Notes: a model not told the origin generated them from the sequence alone. DNA of 64,000 nucleotides from a bacterium (GCA_963630225.1 CAVGLS010000001.1:25287-89286); one strand, 5' to 3'; shown: positions 44,118-53,537, counted from the stretch's first letter. Made by a program: numbers and translations.

Positions 44118-44896
44118 GACACTCTTACATCATCATCGCCGCACTTCTGATGCTGCTGCCGCTCGGAGCGGCCTCACAGGATATCTCCCTGCGCAGCCGC
44201 GCTTCTCTGGCGGCGGACTGGAAAATCCGCAAGGGTCTTCACCTCGATGCGGAATACGAACTTCGCACCGGCGACGGACTGTCGGGGGTCGAGCGGCACC
44301 AGCTCTCCCTCGGAGTGTCCTACAAACTCAGCGACCACTTCACGGCAGGAGCAGGCTACTCCTACATAGGGCATTTCGGCTCGGACGGGAGCTTCAAGCC
44401 GCGCCATCGGATGATTGTCGAAATGAGATATAGGCTGGATAAGGGAGACTGGAGGTTTTCCGTAAAGGAGGCTCTGCAGCTCACGCACCGCGCCTACGAC
44501 TTCAACCGCTTCCAGCAGACGCCCAACGCCCTCGAACTTAAGTCCAGGGTCAAGCTCAGCTACAGAGGGCTGAAGAAACTCGAACCGTACGCATATATGG
44601 AGCTCCGCAACATCTTCAACGGACCGAGCTGCTCCGCGACTTACTACAGCGCTTCAGGGGGATACGGCAACTACGAATTCCTCGGATATAAAGATGTGTA
44701 CATCAATCGTTTGAGAGGAGTCCTCGGAGTGGAGTGGAGTTTTAACAAGAAGCATTCGCTCGACTTCTATGCCCTGTTCGACCGCACCCGCGACAGAGTG
44801 ACGGACACCGACAAATCAGGCACGGAACTCAAGTCCATAGGCTGGGAGAACGCAAACAGAGCGGCCCTCTGCATCGGATATAAAATATCGTTCTGA
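44114..44896 (+). CDS. DUF2490-like outer-membrane beta-barrel protein
   Basis: Signal peptide, alternating amphipathic strands, PRHR, LKSRVKLSY, PYAYMEL, C-terminal IGYKISF. Confidence 0.78.
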   Translation: MRHSYIIIAALLMLLPLGAASQDISLRSRASLAADWKIRKGLHLDAEYELRTGDGLSGVERHQLSLGVSYKLSDHFTAGAGYSYIGHFGSDGSFKPRHRMIVEMRYRLDKGDWRFSVKEALQLTHRAYDFNRFQQTPNALELKSRVKLSYRGLKKLEPYAYMELRNIFNGPSCSATYYSASGGYGNYEFLGYKDVYINRLRGVLGVEWSFNKKHSLDFYALFDRTRDRVTDTDKSGTELKSIGWENANRAALCIGYKISF

Positions 44897-44928
44897 AGAG
44901 GGCCGCAGAGAGGATTGCGCCTGACGGC

Positions 44929-45516
44929 TCAGCGGCTGAGCTTGAATCCTGCGTCGATGCTCTTGGCCGACGAGAGGACAGACGAGAGGCTCTTGATGGT
45001 GGAGTTGTTGGTCTTGGAGGCATAAGCGACCACCTTCTTGGCAAATTCGAGGAACTTCTCTCCGTTGAAGAGAAGTTCGCAGCCGTCAGTGGTGGTGCTG
45101 ACAGTCCCGTCGAGCTGGAGGTAAGTCAGCGCCTTTCCAAACTTTATGGTGACGGCGTTCCCGTCCTGGGACCAGGTGCCGGGAAGAGACATCTTGCCGA
45201 ATTTCATCGTGAAGTTTCCTCCCTCTTCAAACACGAAAGTGGCCGCTCCGGCCTTGAGGCCGACCTTGGAGAATGCGTTGTCGATTTTGGTCTCGACCGT
45301 GCTGAGGGCCGCGCTTCCGGCAGCGGAAGTCAGGACATTGTCGCTGCGGAGCGCAGTGCCAACTCCCTGATATGTCCAGGTCCCGGCCATCTCTGTGGTC
45401 GTGGCGGACGATACTACGCTTGAGGCTACGCTCTTGAGCGCATTAAGGATGTCGCTCTGTGCGCTGAGGGACACTGTCATAAGAGACAGCGCCGCGATGA
45501 TGATGATTTTTTTCAT
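44929..45516 (-). CDS. DUF4923-like (lipocalin-like) exported protein
   Basis: Signal peptide; GTWTY..G, SDNVL..AAG..A, ELLF, C-terminal GFKL. Confidence 0.72.
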   Translation of the reverse strand: MKKIIIIAALSLMTVSLSAQSDILNALKSVASSVVSSATTTEMAGTWTYQGVGTALRSDNVLTSAAGSAALSTVETKIDNAFSKVGLKAGAATFVFEEGGNFTMKFGKMSLPGTWSQDGNAVTIKFGKALTYLQLDGTVSTTTDGCELLFNGEKFLEFAKKVVAYASKTNNSTIKSLSSVLSSAKSIDAGFKLSR

Positions 45517-45540
45517 TGTATAAATGATATAAGGTGATTG

Positions 45541-46506
45541 CTACCAACCTTGTGCCGACACCGCGTGTTCCAGCCCGTCAGGAGTGACAAGTACCGTGCC
45601 GACTTCGGGGCGGGCCAGATGACCTACGACGTCGAAGCCGTTGAATTCCTTGCGGAACTCCTCATAGCGACCGATCGGCACGACGAAGAGCAGACGGAAA
45701 TCGTCTCCGCCGTTCATTGCGGCGGAGACCGGATCGATGTCCAATTCCTTTCCGAGAGCGAAGCTGTTGCCTTCGAAAGGGATCTTGTCGGCATATATCT
45801 TGACTCCCAGGCCGCTGTCTCTGGACAGCCTCAGGACGGCGTCCGAGAGTCCCCGTGAGACGAAATACGAGAACGACGGCACCACCCCCGTCTCTTCCAC
45901 CGCAGAGACGGTGTCAGGAGAGAGTTCCGGCTTCAGATATGCGGCAAGCAGCATCTTGTACTTTTCGAGTTCAGCGACGCGGCGCTCCAGAGCCTGCTGG
46001 CCAAGATATGCGGCACCGAGACTTCCTGACACGCATATAAGATCCTTGCTCTGCGCATAGGGCCGCTTCTTCCCTATATCGGCGGCCACATATCCTGCGG
46101 CATTGATGCTGACGGCAAGTCCGTTGCGCGACGGCACAAGGTCAAGACCGAGGCCGCTGTAGCCTTGTTCTTTCGCGGCCAGCACAACGCCGCTCCATAA
46201 CTCGCTTATCTGCTCGAAGTCAAGTTTGGCGGACACCCCAAGAGTCACGGAAAGGGTCCGCGGATGCGCGAGAGAGGCGTACAATTCGCCGGTGAGGGCG
46301 ACCACGCTCTTATATCCCAGATGTTTCAGCGGAAAGTAGACCAGATTGAAGTCCGTCCCCTCCAGAAACAGTCGGGACGCCGAGACGGCCTCTCCCTCCG
46401 AGGCCGGGACAAAACGCAGCGGCTCTCCGAAAGGAGCGAATCCGCTGCCTTCGAAGAGCTGCCTGATGGCCTCTACCCTGCCCAGTTCGGAAAATGTCCG
46501 CGCCAT
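45541..46506 (-). CDS. thiL: Thiamine-monophosphate kinase homologue with degenerate catalytic motifs
   Basis: LEGTDF, PLKHLGYKSVV, DLICVSGSLGAAY, NGGDDF.LLF, terminal AQGW. TGATG overlap with the glyQS stop. Confidence 0.8.
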   Translation of the reverse strand: MARTFSELGRVEAIRQLFEGSGFAPFGEPLRFVPASEGEAVSASRLFLEGTDFNLVYFPLKHLGYKSVVALTGELYASLAHPRTLSVTLGVSAKLDFEQISELWSGVVLAAKEQGYSGLGLDLVPSRNGLAVSINAAGYVAADIGKKRPYAQSKDLICVSGSLGAAYLGQQALERRVAELEKYKMLLAAYLKPELSPDTVSAVEETGVVPSFSYFVSRGLSDAVLRLSRDSGLGVKIYADKIPFEGNSFALGKELDIDPVSAAMNGGDDFRLLFVVPIGRYEEFRKEFNGFDVVGHLARPEVGTVLVTPDGLEHAVSAQGW

Positions 46507-48044
46507 CAGAGATTCCTCAAGAGATTGTTGAGGTTGACCTTCCTGTCGATCAGCGCCCGGAGCTCCGCTACCGGCACCCGCTCCTGCTGCATCGTGTCGC
46601 GGTCGCGCACGGTGACGCAATTGTCGGAGAGCGAGTCGTGGTCGACGGTGATGCAGTATGGCGTACCGATGGCATCCTGACGGCGGTAACGCTTGCCGAT
46701 GGAGTCTTTCTCGTCATACTGGCAGTTGAAGTCGTATTTCAGCTCGTTCATCACATTCTGGGCGAACTCCGGCAGGCCGTCCTTCTTGACGAGAGGCAGC
46801 ACCGCCGCCTTGACCGGCGCGAGCGGCGCAGGGATGCTGAGGACGGTGCGGCTTTCGCCGTTCTCCAGAGTCTCGACCTTGTAGGAGTGGCTGAGCACCG
46901 CGAGGAACATACGGTCCACTCCGATGGAAGTCTCCACGCAGTACGGCACATAACTCTCGTTGGTCTCAGGGTCGAAGTACTGAAGCTTCTTGCCGGAGAG
47001 CGTCTGATGGTTGCCCAGATCGAAGTCGGTGCGGCTGTGGATGCCTTCGAGCTCCTTAAATCCGAACGGGAAGTTGAACTCGATGTCGGTGGCGGCGTTG
47101 GCGTAGTGGGCCAGCTTCTCGTGGTCGTGGAAGCGGTAGTTCTCCGCCCCCATACCGAGGTTGACGTGCCACTTCATCCGGTTCTCCTTCCACTTCCTGA
47201 ACCACTCCATCTCGGTGCCGGGACGGACGAAGAACTCCATCTCCATCTGCTCGAACTCCCTCATTCTGAATATAAACTGGCGGGCCACCACCTCGTTGCG
47301 GAAAGCCTTGCCGATCTGTGCGATGCCGAAGGGGATCTTCATCCTGCCGGTCTTCTGCACATTGATATAGTCCACGAATATGCCCTGCGCAGTCTCCGGA
47401 CGGAGATAAATCGTACTGGAGTCATCGCCGACAGACCCGAACTGTGTGGAGAACATGAGGTTGAACTGCCTTACGTCGGTCCAGTTCTTGGTGCCGCTGA
47501 TGGGGCACACTATGCCGCAGTCGAGAATGATCTGCTTGTACTCGGCGAGATCGTTGGCCTGTTCGGCTGCCACATAACGATTGTGAACCTGCTCATACTG
47601 AGCCTTTTCGCGAAGCACATTAGGGTTGGTCTCACGGAACTTGGCCTCGTCGAAAGAGTCGCCGAACTTTTTGCGGCCCTTCTCGACTTCCTTGTTGATT
47701 TTCTCCTCTATCTTGGCGAGATAGTCCTCGATAAGCACATCGGCACGGTATCTCTTCTTGGAGTCCTTGTTGTCGATGAGCGGGTCGTTGAACGCCGCCA
47801 CGTGTCCCGACGCCACCCAGGTCTTGGGATGCATAAATATGCAGGCGTCGATGCCGACGATGTTCTCGTTGAGGCGGGTCATCGCATTCCACCAGTACTG
47901 CTTGATGTTGTTCTTGAGTTCCACTCCCATCTGACCGTAGTCATATACGGCGGCCAGTCCGTCATATATGTCGCTTGACGGGAAGATGAACCCGTACTCC
48001 TTGCAGTGTGCGACAAGCACCTTGAATAATTCTTCCTGTGTCAT
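46506..48044 (-). CDS. glyQS: Glycine--tRNA ligase (homodimeric type)
   Basis: YLRPETAQG, GKAFRNE, FEQME, ELEGIHSRTDFDL, SIGKRYRRQDAIGTP. TACCTTTG -7 element at 48080-48087 (minus). Confidence 0.97.
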   Translation of the reverse strand: MTQEELFKVLVAHCKEYGFIFPSSDIYDGLAAVYDYGQMGVELKNNIKQYWWNAMTRLNENIVGIDACIFMHPKTWVASGHVAAFNDPLIDNKDSKKRYRADVLIEDYLAKIEEKINKEVEKGRKKFGDSFDEAKFRETNPNVLREKAQYEQVHNRYVAAEQANDLAEYKQIILDCGIVCPISGTKNWTDVRQFNLMFSTQFGSVGDDSSTIYLRPETAQGIFVDYINVQKTGRMKIPFGIAQIGKAFRNEVVARQFIFRMREFEQMEMEFFVRPGTEMEWFRKWKENRMKWHVNLGMGAENYRFHDHEKLAHYANAATDIEFNFPFGFKELEGIHSRTDFDLGNHQTLSGKKLQYFDPETNESYVPYCVETSIGVDRMFLAVLSHSYKVETLENGESRTVLSIPAPLAPVKAAVLPLVKKDGLPEFAQNVMNELKYDFNCQYDEKDSIGKRYRRQDAIGTPYCITVDHDSLSDNCVTVRDRDTMQQERVPVAELRALIDRKVNLNNLLRNL

Positions 48045-48094
48045 ATCTTCGTTGGTGTTCTATTTCCGTGACAATCGCGCAAAGGTAACTATTT

Positions 48095-48523
48095 TCAGCC
48101 AAATATCTCCATAAGCGGCCCCATTACGAACTCCCTTTCGCGCATCTTGGGGTGAGGAATCCTGAGGTCAGGCTCATCGAGGACGACCTCGCCGAAAAGA
48201 AGTATGTCTATATCGATGATGCGGTCGTGGTAGATACGGCTTCCGTCGGGGGCATATTCCACAATCTCGCGGCGGCCCATTCTCTGCTCGATGTCCTTGC
48301 ATAGACCGAGCAGTCCGCGGGGTGAGAGGGGGCAGTCGTAGCAGACCGCGCAGTTGAGAAAATCTCCGCCTTCGAACCCCCAGGACTTGGATTCCACCAG
48401 AGCGGAAAGAGCCGAATAATGCACCCCGAGCCCCTCGTCGAGCAGGTTCAGGGCCTCTTCTATATTACGCCTGCGGTCGCCCAAATTGGAGCCGAGCGAG
48501 AGATATGCCTTAGCTGTCTTCAT
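48095..48523 (-). CDS. folK: 6-hydroxymethyl-7,8-dihydropterin pyrophosphokinase
   Basis: YLSLGSNLGDR, FLNCAV, RIIDIDIL, IPHP.M.EREFV. Confidence 0.95.
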   Translation of the reverse strand: MKTAKAYLSLGSNLGDRRRNIEEALNLLDEGLGVHYSALSALVESKSWGFEGGDFLNCAVCYDCPLSPRGLLGLCKDIEQRMGRREIVEYAPDGSRIYHDRIIDIDILLFGEVVLDEPDLRIPHPKMREREFVMGPLMEIFG

Positions 48524-48890
48524 CCTCCATCCAGGGGTCCATCCCGAGCGCCACCCTCGCCTCGTCGGAGAGCAGGCTCTGGTCCCAGGCCGGTTCGAAC
48601 ACGAGTTCTATGTCGCAGCCGCTGATGCCCGGAGTGTCTTCCACGACCCGCCTGACATCAGCCATCACTTCGTCCGCCATAGGACAGTTAGGGGCGGTGA
48701 AAGTCATTTTGATATAGGCCCTATGTTCCTTATTGATAGTAAGTTCATAAATCAGCCCGAGGTCATAGATGTTGACCGGAATCTCCGGGTCATAGACCTG
48801 TTTCAGCGCCAGCACCACATCCTCATAGAGCGGTGCAAGCGACTTGACGTCCTCCGGGGTCAGCACTTCGCTGTTGTTGGTTTCGCTCAT
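48510..48890 (-). CDS. sufT: DUF59/SufT Fe-S cluster assembly factor
   Basis: VYDPEIPVNIYDLGLIY, TAPNCP, FEPAW. Confidence 0.9.
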   Translation of the reverse strand: MSETNNSEVLTPEDVKSLAPLYEDVVLALKQVYDPEIPVNIYDLGLIYELTINKEHRAYIKMTFTAPNCPMADEVMADVRRVVEDTPGISGCDIELVFEPAWDQSLLSDEARVALGMDPWMEDEDS

Positions 48891-49309
48891 TTCTGACAAT
48901 TTTTTTGCGCGATGCTCCTGATGGTTTCAATCATCGATACAAGCCCGTTGGCCCGGGTCGGAGAAAGGTTTTCCTTAAGGCCGAGTTTTTCTACGAACGA
49001 GAAATCGTCGCCGGCAATCTCTTCCGCCGTCCTCCCGGAATATACCGAAATCAATAGCGAGATGATGCCTTTGGTGATTATGGCATCGCTGTCCGCGCTG
49101 AACACGATCTTTCCGTCCTCCTCTCTGGCATCGAGCCAAACTCTTGACTGACAACCTTTTATCAGTCTATCGTCAGTCTTAAGGGTCGCAGGAAACTCTT
49201 CAAGCGAATTACCTAATTCTATAAGGTACTGATACTTGTCGAGCCAGTCATCGTACATCGAAAACTCCTCTTCTACCTCCCTCTGTGCCTCTTTTAGTGT
49301 CTTCATCAT
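48887..49309 (-). CDS. sufE: SufE sulfur acceptor
   Basis: IKGCQSRVWL, ADSDA, LSPTRANGL. Confidence 0.94.
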   Translation of the reverse strand: MMKTLKEAQREVEEEFSMYDDWLDKYQYLIELGNSLEEFPATLKTDDRLIKGCQSRVWLDAREEDGKIVFSADSDAIITKGIISLLISVYSGRTAEEIAGDDFSFVEKLGLKENLSPTRANGLVSMIETIRSIAQKNCQK

Positions 49310-50532
49310 TTTTCCAGCATTTTTATCGCCCTGTCGAGCGATTTCATCAAATAACGGGCCTCATCCAGAGTGTTGTACGGAGCAAAAGAGGCTCTGAGCA
49401 TCCCGGTAATCCCGAAACGGTCCATCAACGGTTCGGCGCACATCTGCCCCGAACGCACTGCGATGCCCATCTTGTCGAGGATGAGCGCCAGGTCTTCGTG
49501 GTGGATATGTTCCACGGAGAACGAAAACAGAGCTATCTTCTCATATCCTTCTCCCGGCAGTCCATAGAGGTGGAAACGTGGGTCGGATGTGAGCGCATTA
49601 AGCATATAATCAACTACTTCAGCCGTGTTTCTCTCTATTTCAGGAGAGCGCATCGCATCGGAAAGCTCAAGCGCCCGGACCAGGGTCGGAGTGCCGGAGA
49701 TGTTCTGCGTGCCGGCCTCGAACTTCCGGGGCGGCGGCGCATAGCTGGTCCCGCTCCACTTCACGCTCTCTATCATCTCCCCTCCTCCCATATATGGAGG
49801 CATCTTTTCGAGCAGTTCACGCCTGCCGTAGAGCACCCCCGTGCCGGGCGCGGCATATATTTTATGTCCCGAGAACGCATAGAAGTCGCAGCCCAGATCG
49901 CGCACGTCCACCCTGCTGTGGACTATCCCCTGCGCTCCGTCGACAAGAACAGGGCAATCGACTGAATGGCAAATATTTACAATCTCCTTGACAGGATTCA
50001 CAAGCCCGAGGACATTGGAAATATGGGTAATGCTTACGAGTTTCGTCCGAGGGTTGAGCAGGGACTTCAGTTCCGCCATATCGAGCCGTCCGCTGTCATC
50101 GACTCGCAGCACTCTGAGTCTCGCCCCCCTGCGTGCGCACATCATCTGCCAAGGAACAATATTGGAGTGGTGCTCACTCTCGGAGACGATGATTTCGTCG
50201 CCCTCTCCCACGAAGGCCTCGCCGAAACCGTATGCGACAAGGTTGATCGAAGCGGTCGCGCCGGACGTGAAGACGACTTCCTCGCCGGAGGCAGCGTTAA
50301 TGTACCTTCCGACGACATCCCTCGCGTGCTCGTATCTGTCGGTGGCAAGAGCTGCGGTATGGTGTACGGCGCGGTGGAGATTTGCAGTATATTTTGTTGA
50401 GATCTCGTCCCATTCGCGCACGACGGACATCGGCCTCAGGGCAGTCGCGGCGTTGTCCAGATAGACAAGCCGCCTGCCATAGACTTGACACGCAAGCTGC
50501 GGAAACTCATTTCTCAATTCTTCTATATTCAT
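49306..50532 (-). CDS. sufS: SufS-type cysteine desulfurase
   Basis: YLDNAAT, EHHSNIVPWQ, DGAQ, FSGHK, FEAGT, RSGQMCA, RASF. Confidence 0.93.
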   Translation of the reverse strand: MNIEELRNEFPQLACQVYGRRLVYLDNAATALRPMSVVREWDEISTKYTANLHRAVHHTAALATDRYEHARDVVGRYINAASGEEVVFTSGATASINLVAYGFGEAFVGEGDEIIVSESEHHSNIVPWQMMCARRGARLRVLRVDDSGRLDMAELKSLLNPRTKLVSITHISNVLGLVNPVKEIVNICHSVDCPVLVDGAQGIVHSRVDVRDLGCDFYAFSGHKIYAAPGTGVLYGRRELLEKMPPYMGGGEMIESVKWSGTSYAPPPRKFEAGTQNISGTPTLVRALELSDAMRSPEIERNTAEVVDYMLNALTSDPRFHLYGLPGEGYEKIALFSFSVEHIHHEDLALILDKMGIAVRSGQMCAEPLMDRFGITGMLRASFAPYNTLDEARYLMKSLDRAIKMLEK

Positions 50533-50540
50533 AGCGAACG

Positions 50541-50591
50541 CAAAATTACTAATTTAGTAATTCCTAAAAGAAGAAAAAATGATTATTTTTG
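50541..50591. promoter_or_regulatory. Divergent -7 elements for sufS (minus) and ruvA (plus)
   Basis: TAATTTTG on minus at 50541-50548; TATTTTTG on plus at 50584-50591. Confidence 0.65.
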
Positions 50592-50618
50592 GTTTCGATT
50601 CTCAAAAATCACAGGATT

Positions 50619-51212
50619 ATGATTGACTACATTTCCGGCAGACTCGCAGAACTCACCCCCACCTCGGCCGTGGTGGACAACAGCGGTATCGGCTATGCGG
50701 TTGAGATTTCTCTTCAGACCTACGACGCGCTGGACGGCAAGACGGAAGCAACTCTCTACATCCAGCGCCAAATCAACCAAAGAGACGGACAGGAGGTGGA
50801 CTACGGCTTCGCGACCAAGGAGGAACGCAATCTCTTCAGAAGCATCACGGGAGTCTCCGGGATGGGGGCGGCATCTGCGAGAATGATCCTCTCCTCCCTC
50901 TCTCCGGACGAGCTCAACGAAGCTATACTTTCGGAAGACATCAACCGCCTGAAATCAATCAAGGGCATCGGGCTCAAGAGCGCACAGCGTCTCGTGCTGG
51001 AGCTGAAAGATAAGATAGTCAAGGGCGGAAGCGCAAACTTCGGCACACTTATCAAAGCGGAGTCCGACAAAAACGCCGACGAGGCCGCATCTGCCCTGCT
51101 CAACCTCGGATTCTCGAAGCCTAACATCTCCAAAGCTATCCAGACCATACTGAAGAACAAACCGGGGGCAAGCCTCGAAGAAATCATCAAGACTGCGCTG
51201 AAGATGCTTTAG
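50619..51212 (+). CDS. ruvA: Holliday junction branch migration protein RuvA
   Basis: MIDYISG, GIGY, YGF, VSGMG, KGIGLKSAQRLVLELKDK, ALLNLGF. Confidence 0.95.
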   Translation: MIDYISGRLAELTPTSAVVDNSGIGYAVEISLQTYDALDGKTEATLYIQRQINQRDGQEVDYGFATKEERNLFRSITGVSGMGAASARMILSSLSPDELNEAILSEDINRLKSIKGIGLKSAQRLVLELKDKIVKGGSANFGTLIKAESDKNADEAASALLNLGFSKPNISKAIQTILKNKPGASLEEIIKTALKML

Positions 51213-51220
51213 AAGCCGGC

Positions 51221-53080
51221 TCAACGACCGAAATAGACTAGAAGCACGGAGATGTCGGACGGTGAGACTCCGGAGATGCGCATCGCCTGGGCTATGGTGC
51301 GCGGAGAATACTTCTTAAGTTTCTGACGGCACTCTATCGAGAGCCCGGAGAGTCTGTCGAAATCAAATCCGTCAGGGATTTTAAGATCTTCAAGTTTGTG
51401 GAGTTTTTCCGCATTTCGTATTTCCCGGTCGATATAGCCGCTGTATTTAATCGAAATTTCCACACTTTCCATCACCTCCTCACGAGACGTTCCACGTGGA
51501 ACAATCCTCAACAGCTCCGGAAGTGAAATCTCAGGCCGCGTGGCAATATCCGAAATCTTACGGGATTCCGTTATAAGGCTGGAACTATGGGCGGCGAGGA
51601 AAGGATTGGCAACATCGGGAGAGATATTATGTCCCTCACAATAAGTCCTGAGACTGTCCACCTCTTCATACTTCTGCATCATCCCTGCGTAGCGTTCCTC
51701 ACTTGCGAGCCCGATCGCGTGCGAGAGTCCCGTAAGCCGGCGGTCGGCATTATCCTGACGCAGGAGAATTCTGAACTCCGCACGCGAAGTGAACATCCTG
51801 TATGGCTCATCAACTCCCTTGGTGACGAGGTCGTCGATAAGCACGCCGATATATGACTCGTCCCTGCCAAGCACAAAGGCAGGATGGCCGTTGATTTTCA
51901 GGTGAGCATTGATTCCGGCCATAATCCCCTGACCCGCAGCTTCTTCATACCCGGTGGTTCCGTTGACCTGACCGGCAAGGAAAAGGTTCTCTATCGGCTT
52001 TGTCTCAAGGCTTGGCTTAAGCAGCGTAGGGTCGAAATAGTCGTACTCCACCGCATATGCCGGCCTGTAGATCTTGACGTTTTCAAGACCCTCGATCGAG
52101 TGGAGAGCATCCATCTGCACTGCGAGCGGAAGAGAGGAAGAAAAGCCCTGAAGATAGTATTCATTGGTTGAGCGCCCCTCGGGCTCAAGGAAAAGCTGGT
52201 GCGCCGGATTGTCAGGAAAAACCCTCAGCTTGTCTTCGATGCTCGGACAGTACCTCGGGCCCTTGCCGCTGATGAGTCCCGTAAAAAGCGGAGACTCGCT
52301 GAAGCCCGAACGCAAAACCTCGTGGACCCTCTCGTTGGTATGGAGTATATAGCAGGGCATCTGCTCCTGTCCTGACTGGATGGTGGACGGGATGTCGAGA
52401 AACGAAAACCTCGATGGCTTCCCGTCTCCGAACTGCTTGGGAAGGCGGGAAGTATCAACAGAAGAAATATCAATTCGGGGAGGAGTCCCGGTCTTCATCC
52501 TCCCTGACACAAGTCCTCTCTCGACGAGCTGTCGAGTGAGACCCTCAGATGACTTCTCCCCTATGCGTCCTCCGCTCATCACCGTCTGACCGATGAAGAT
52601 TTTGCCGGAAAGGAAGGTTCCTGAGGTCAGAATAAGTGCGCGAGAGTGGAAAATTGCCCCGGTGGAGGTGCGTACGCCGCAGATTTTTGAATTCTCAAAG
52701 AGAAAAGAAGTCGCAAAATCCGCGTAAATATCTAACTTAGAAGAAGTTTCAAGTATTTTCCGCCAGTTCAGCGAAAACTGCATTTTGTCGCACTGCGCCC
52801 GCGGACTCCACATCGCAGGACCCTTGGACTTATTGAGCATACGGAACTGCAGCGTAGAACCGTCAGTCACGAGCCCAGTATATCCTCCGAGCGCATCTAT
52901 CTCTCTGACTATCTGTCCTTTGGCTATTCCTCCCACGGCAGGATTGCAGGACATCTTGGCGAAGAGAGTCATATCGCCGCTGAGGAGCAGCACGGAAGAG
53001 CCGAGATTGGCGGCGGCCATTGCGGCCTCACATCCCGCGTGTCCCCCTCCGACAACGATTATATCATAGCGGACGCTCAT
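51221..53080 (-). CDS. mnmG: tRNA uridine-5-carboxymethylaminomethyl modification enzyme MnmG (GidA)
   Basis: GGGHAGCEAA, MSCNPAVGG, KTGTPPR, GPRYCPSIEDK, AGQVNGTTGYEEAA, EPYRMFTSRAE. Confidence 0.98.
   Translation of the reverse strand: MSVRYDIIVVGGGHAGCEAAMAAANLGSSVLLLSGDMTLFAKMSCNPAVGGIAKGQIVREIDALGGYTGLVTDGSTLQFRMLNKSKGPAMWSPRAQCDKMQFSLNWRKILETSSKLDIYADFATSFLFENSKICGVRTSTGAIFHSRALILTSGTFLSGKIFIGQTVMSGGRIGEKSSEGLTRQLVERGLVSGRMKTGTPPRIDISSVDTSRLPKQFGDGKPSRFSFLDIPSTIQSGQEQMPCYILHTNERVHEVLRSGFSESPLFTGLISGKGPRYCPSIEDKLRVFPDNPAHQLFLEPEGRSTNEYYLQGFSSSLPLAVQMDALHSIEGLENVKIYRPAYAVEYDYFDPTLLKPSLETKPIENLFLAGQVNGTTGYEEAAGQGIMAGINAHLKINGHPAFVLGRDESYIGVLIDDLVTKGVDEPYRMFTSRAEFRILLRQDNADRRLTGLSHAIGLASEERYAGMMQKYEEVDSLRTYCEGHNISPDVANPFLAAHSSSLITESRKISDIATRPEISLPELLRIVPRGTSREEVMESVEISIKYSGYIDREIRNAEKLHKLEDLKIPDGFDFDRLSGLSIECRQKLKKYSPRTIAQAMRISGVSPSDISVLLVYFGR
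51488..51503. other. Putative parS site inside mnmG
   Basis: CGTTCCACGTGGAACA, with a perfect 14-bp palindromic core matching the parS consensus variant TGTTCCACGTGGAACA. Confidence 0.75.
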
Positions 53081-53502
53081 ACTTCAAGCGAGCGACGAAG
53101 GTCGAGATAATAATTCTCTTTGGAGCGCATCTGAGCCATATCGCTCTCGTTGTGGTCATCGTAGCCGATAAGATGCAGAAGACCGTGGACCATCACCCTG
53201 TTCAACTCATCCTCGAAGTCTGTGCCGTAGAACACGGCATTCTCCCGGACGGAGTCAATGCTGATGAAAAGATCTCCGCTCAAACTATCTCCCTCACAAT
53301 AGTCAAATGTGATTATGTCGGTAAAATAGTCGTGCTGAAGATATTTCAGATTCAAGTCGAGTATATAAAGGTCGGAGCAGAAAATGATGCCAATATCTCC
53401 GAGACGCTTCATCTCGCTCCCGGCTACAATTTTCAACCACTTATTATTGAAGGCTTTACGCTTCAGTGTAAATTGTATGTCTTCGTTGAAATACCGTATC
53501 AT
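53077..53502 (-). CDS. ybeY: rRNA maturation endoribonuclease YbeY
   Basis: TDIITFDY, GDLFIS, HGLLHLIGYDD. Confidence 0.95.
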   Translation of the reverse strand: MIRYFNEDIQFTLKRKAFNNKWLKIVAGSEMKRLGDIGIIFCSDLYILDLNLKYLQHDYFTDIITFDYCEGDSLSGDLFISIDSVRENAVFYGTDFEDELNRVMVHGLLHLIGYDDHNESDMAQMRSKENYYLDLRRSLEV

Positions 53503-53537
53503 ATCAGGGCTTGACGGAGTAGTTTCTGAAATTTTTG

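Noticed and set aside
46507..46620. Longer thiL start from the ORF track
   Set aside because: Overlaps glyQS; the TGATG junction at 46504-46508 gives the natural start.
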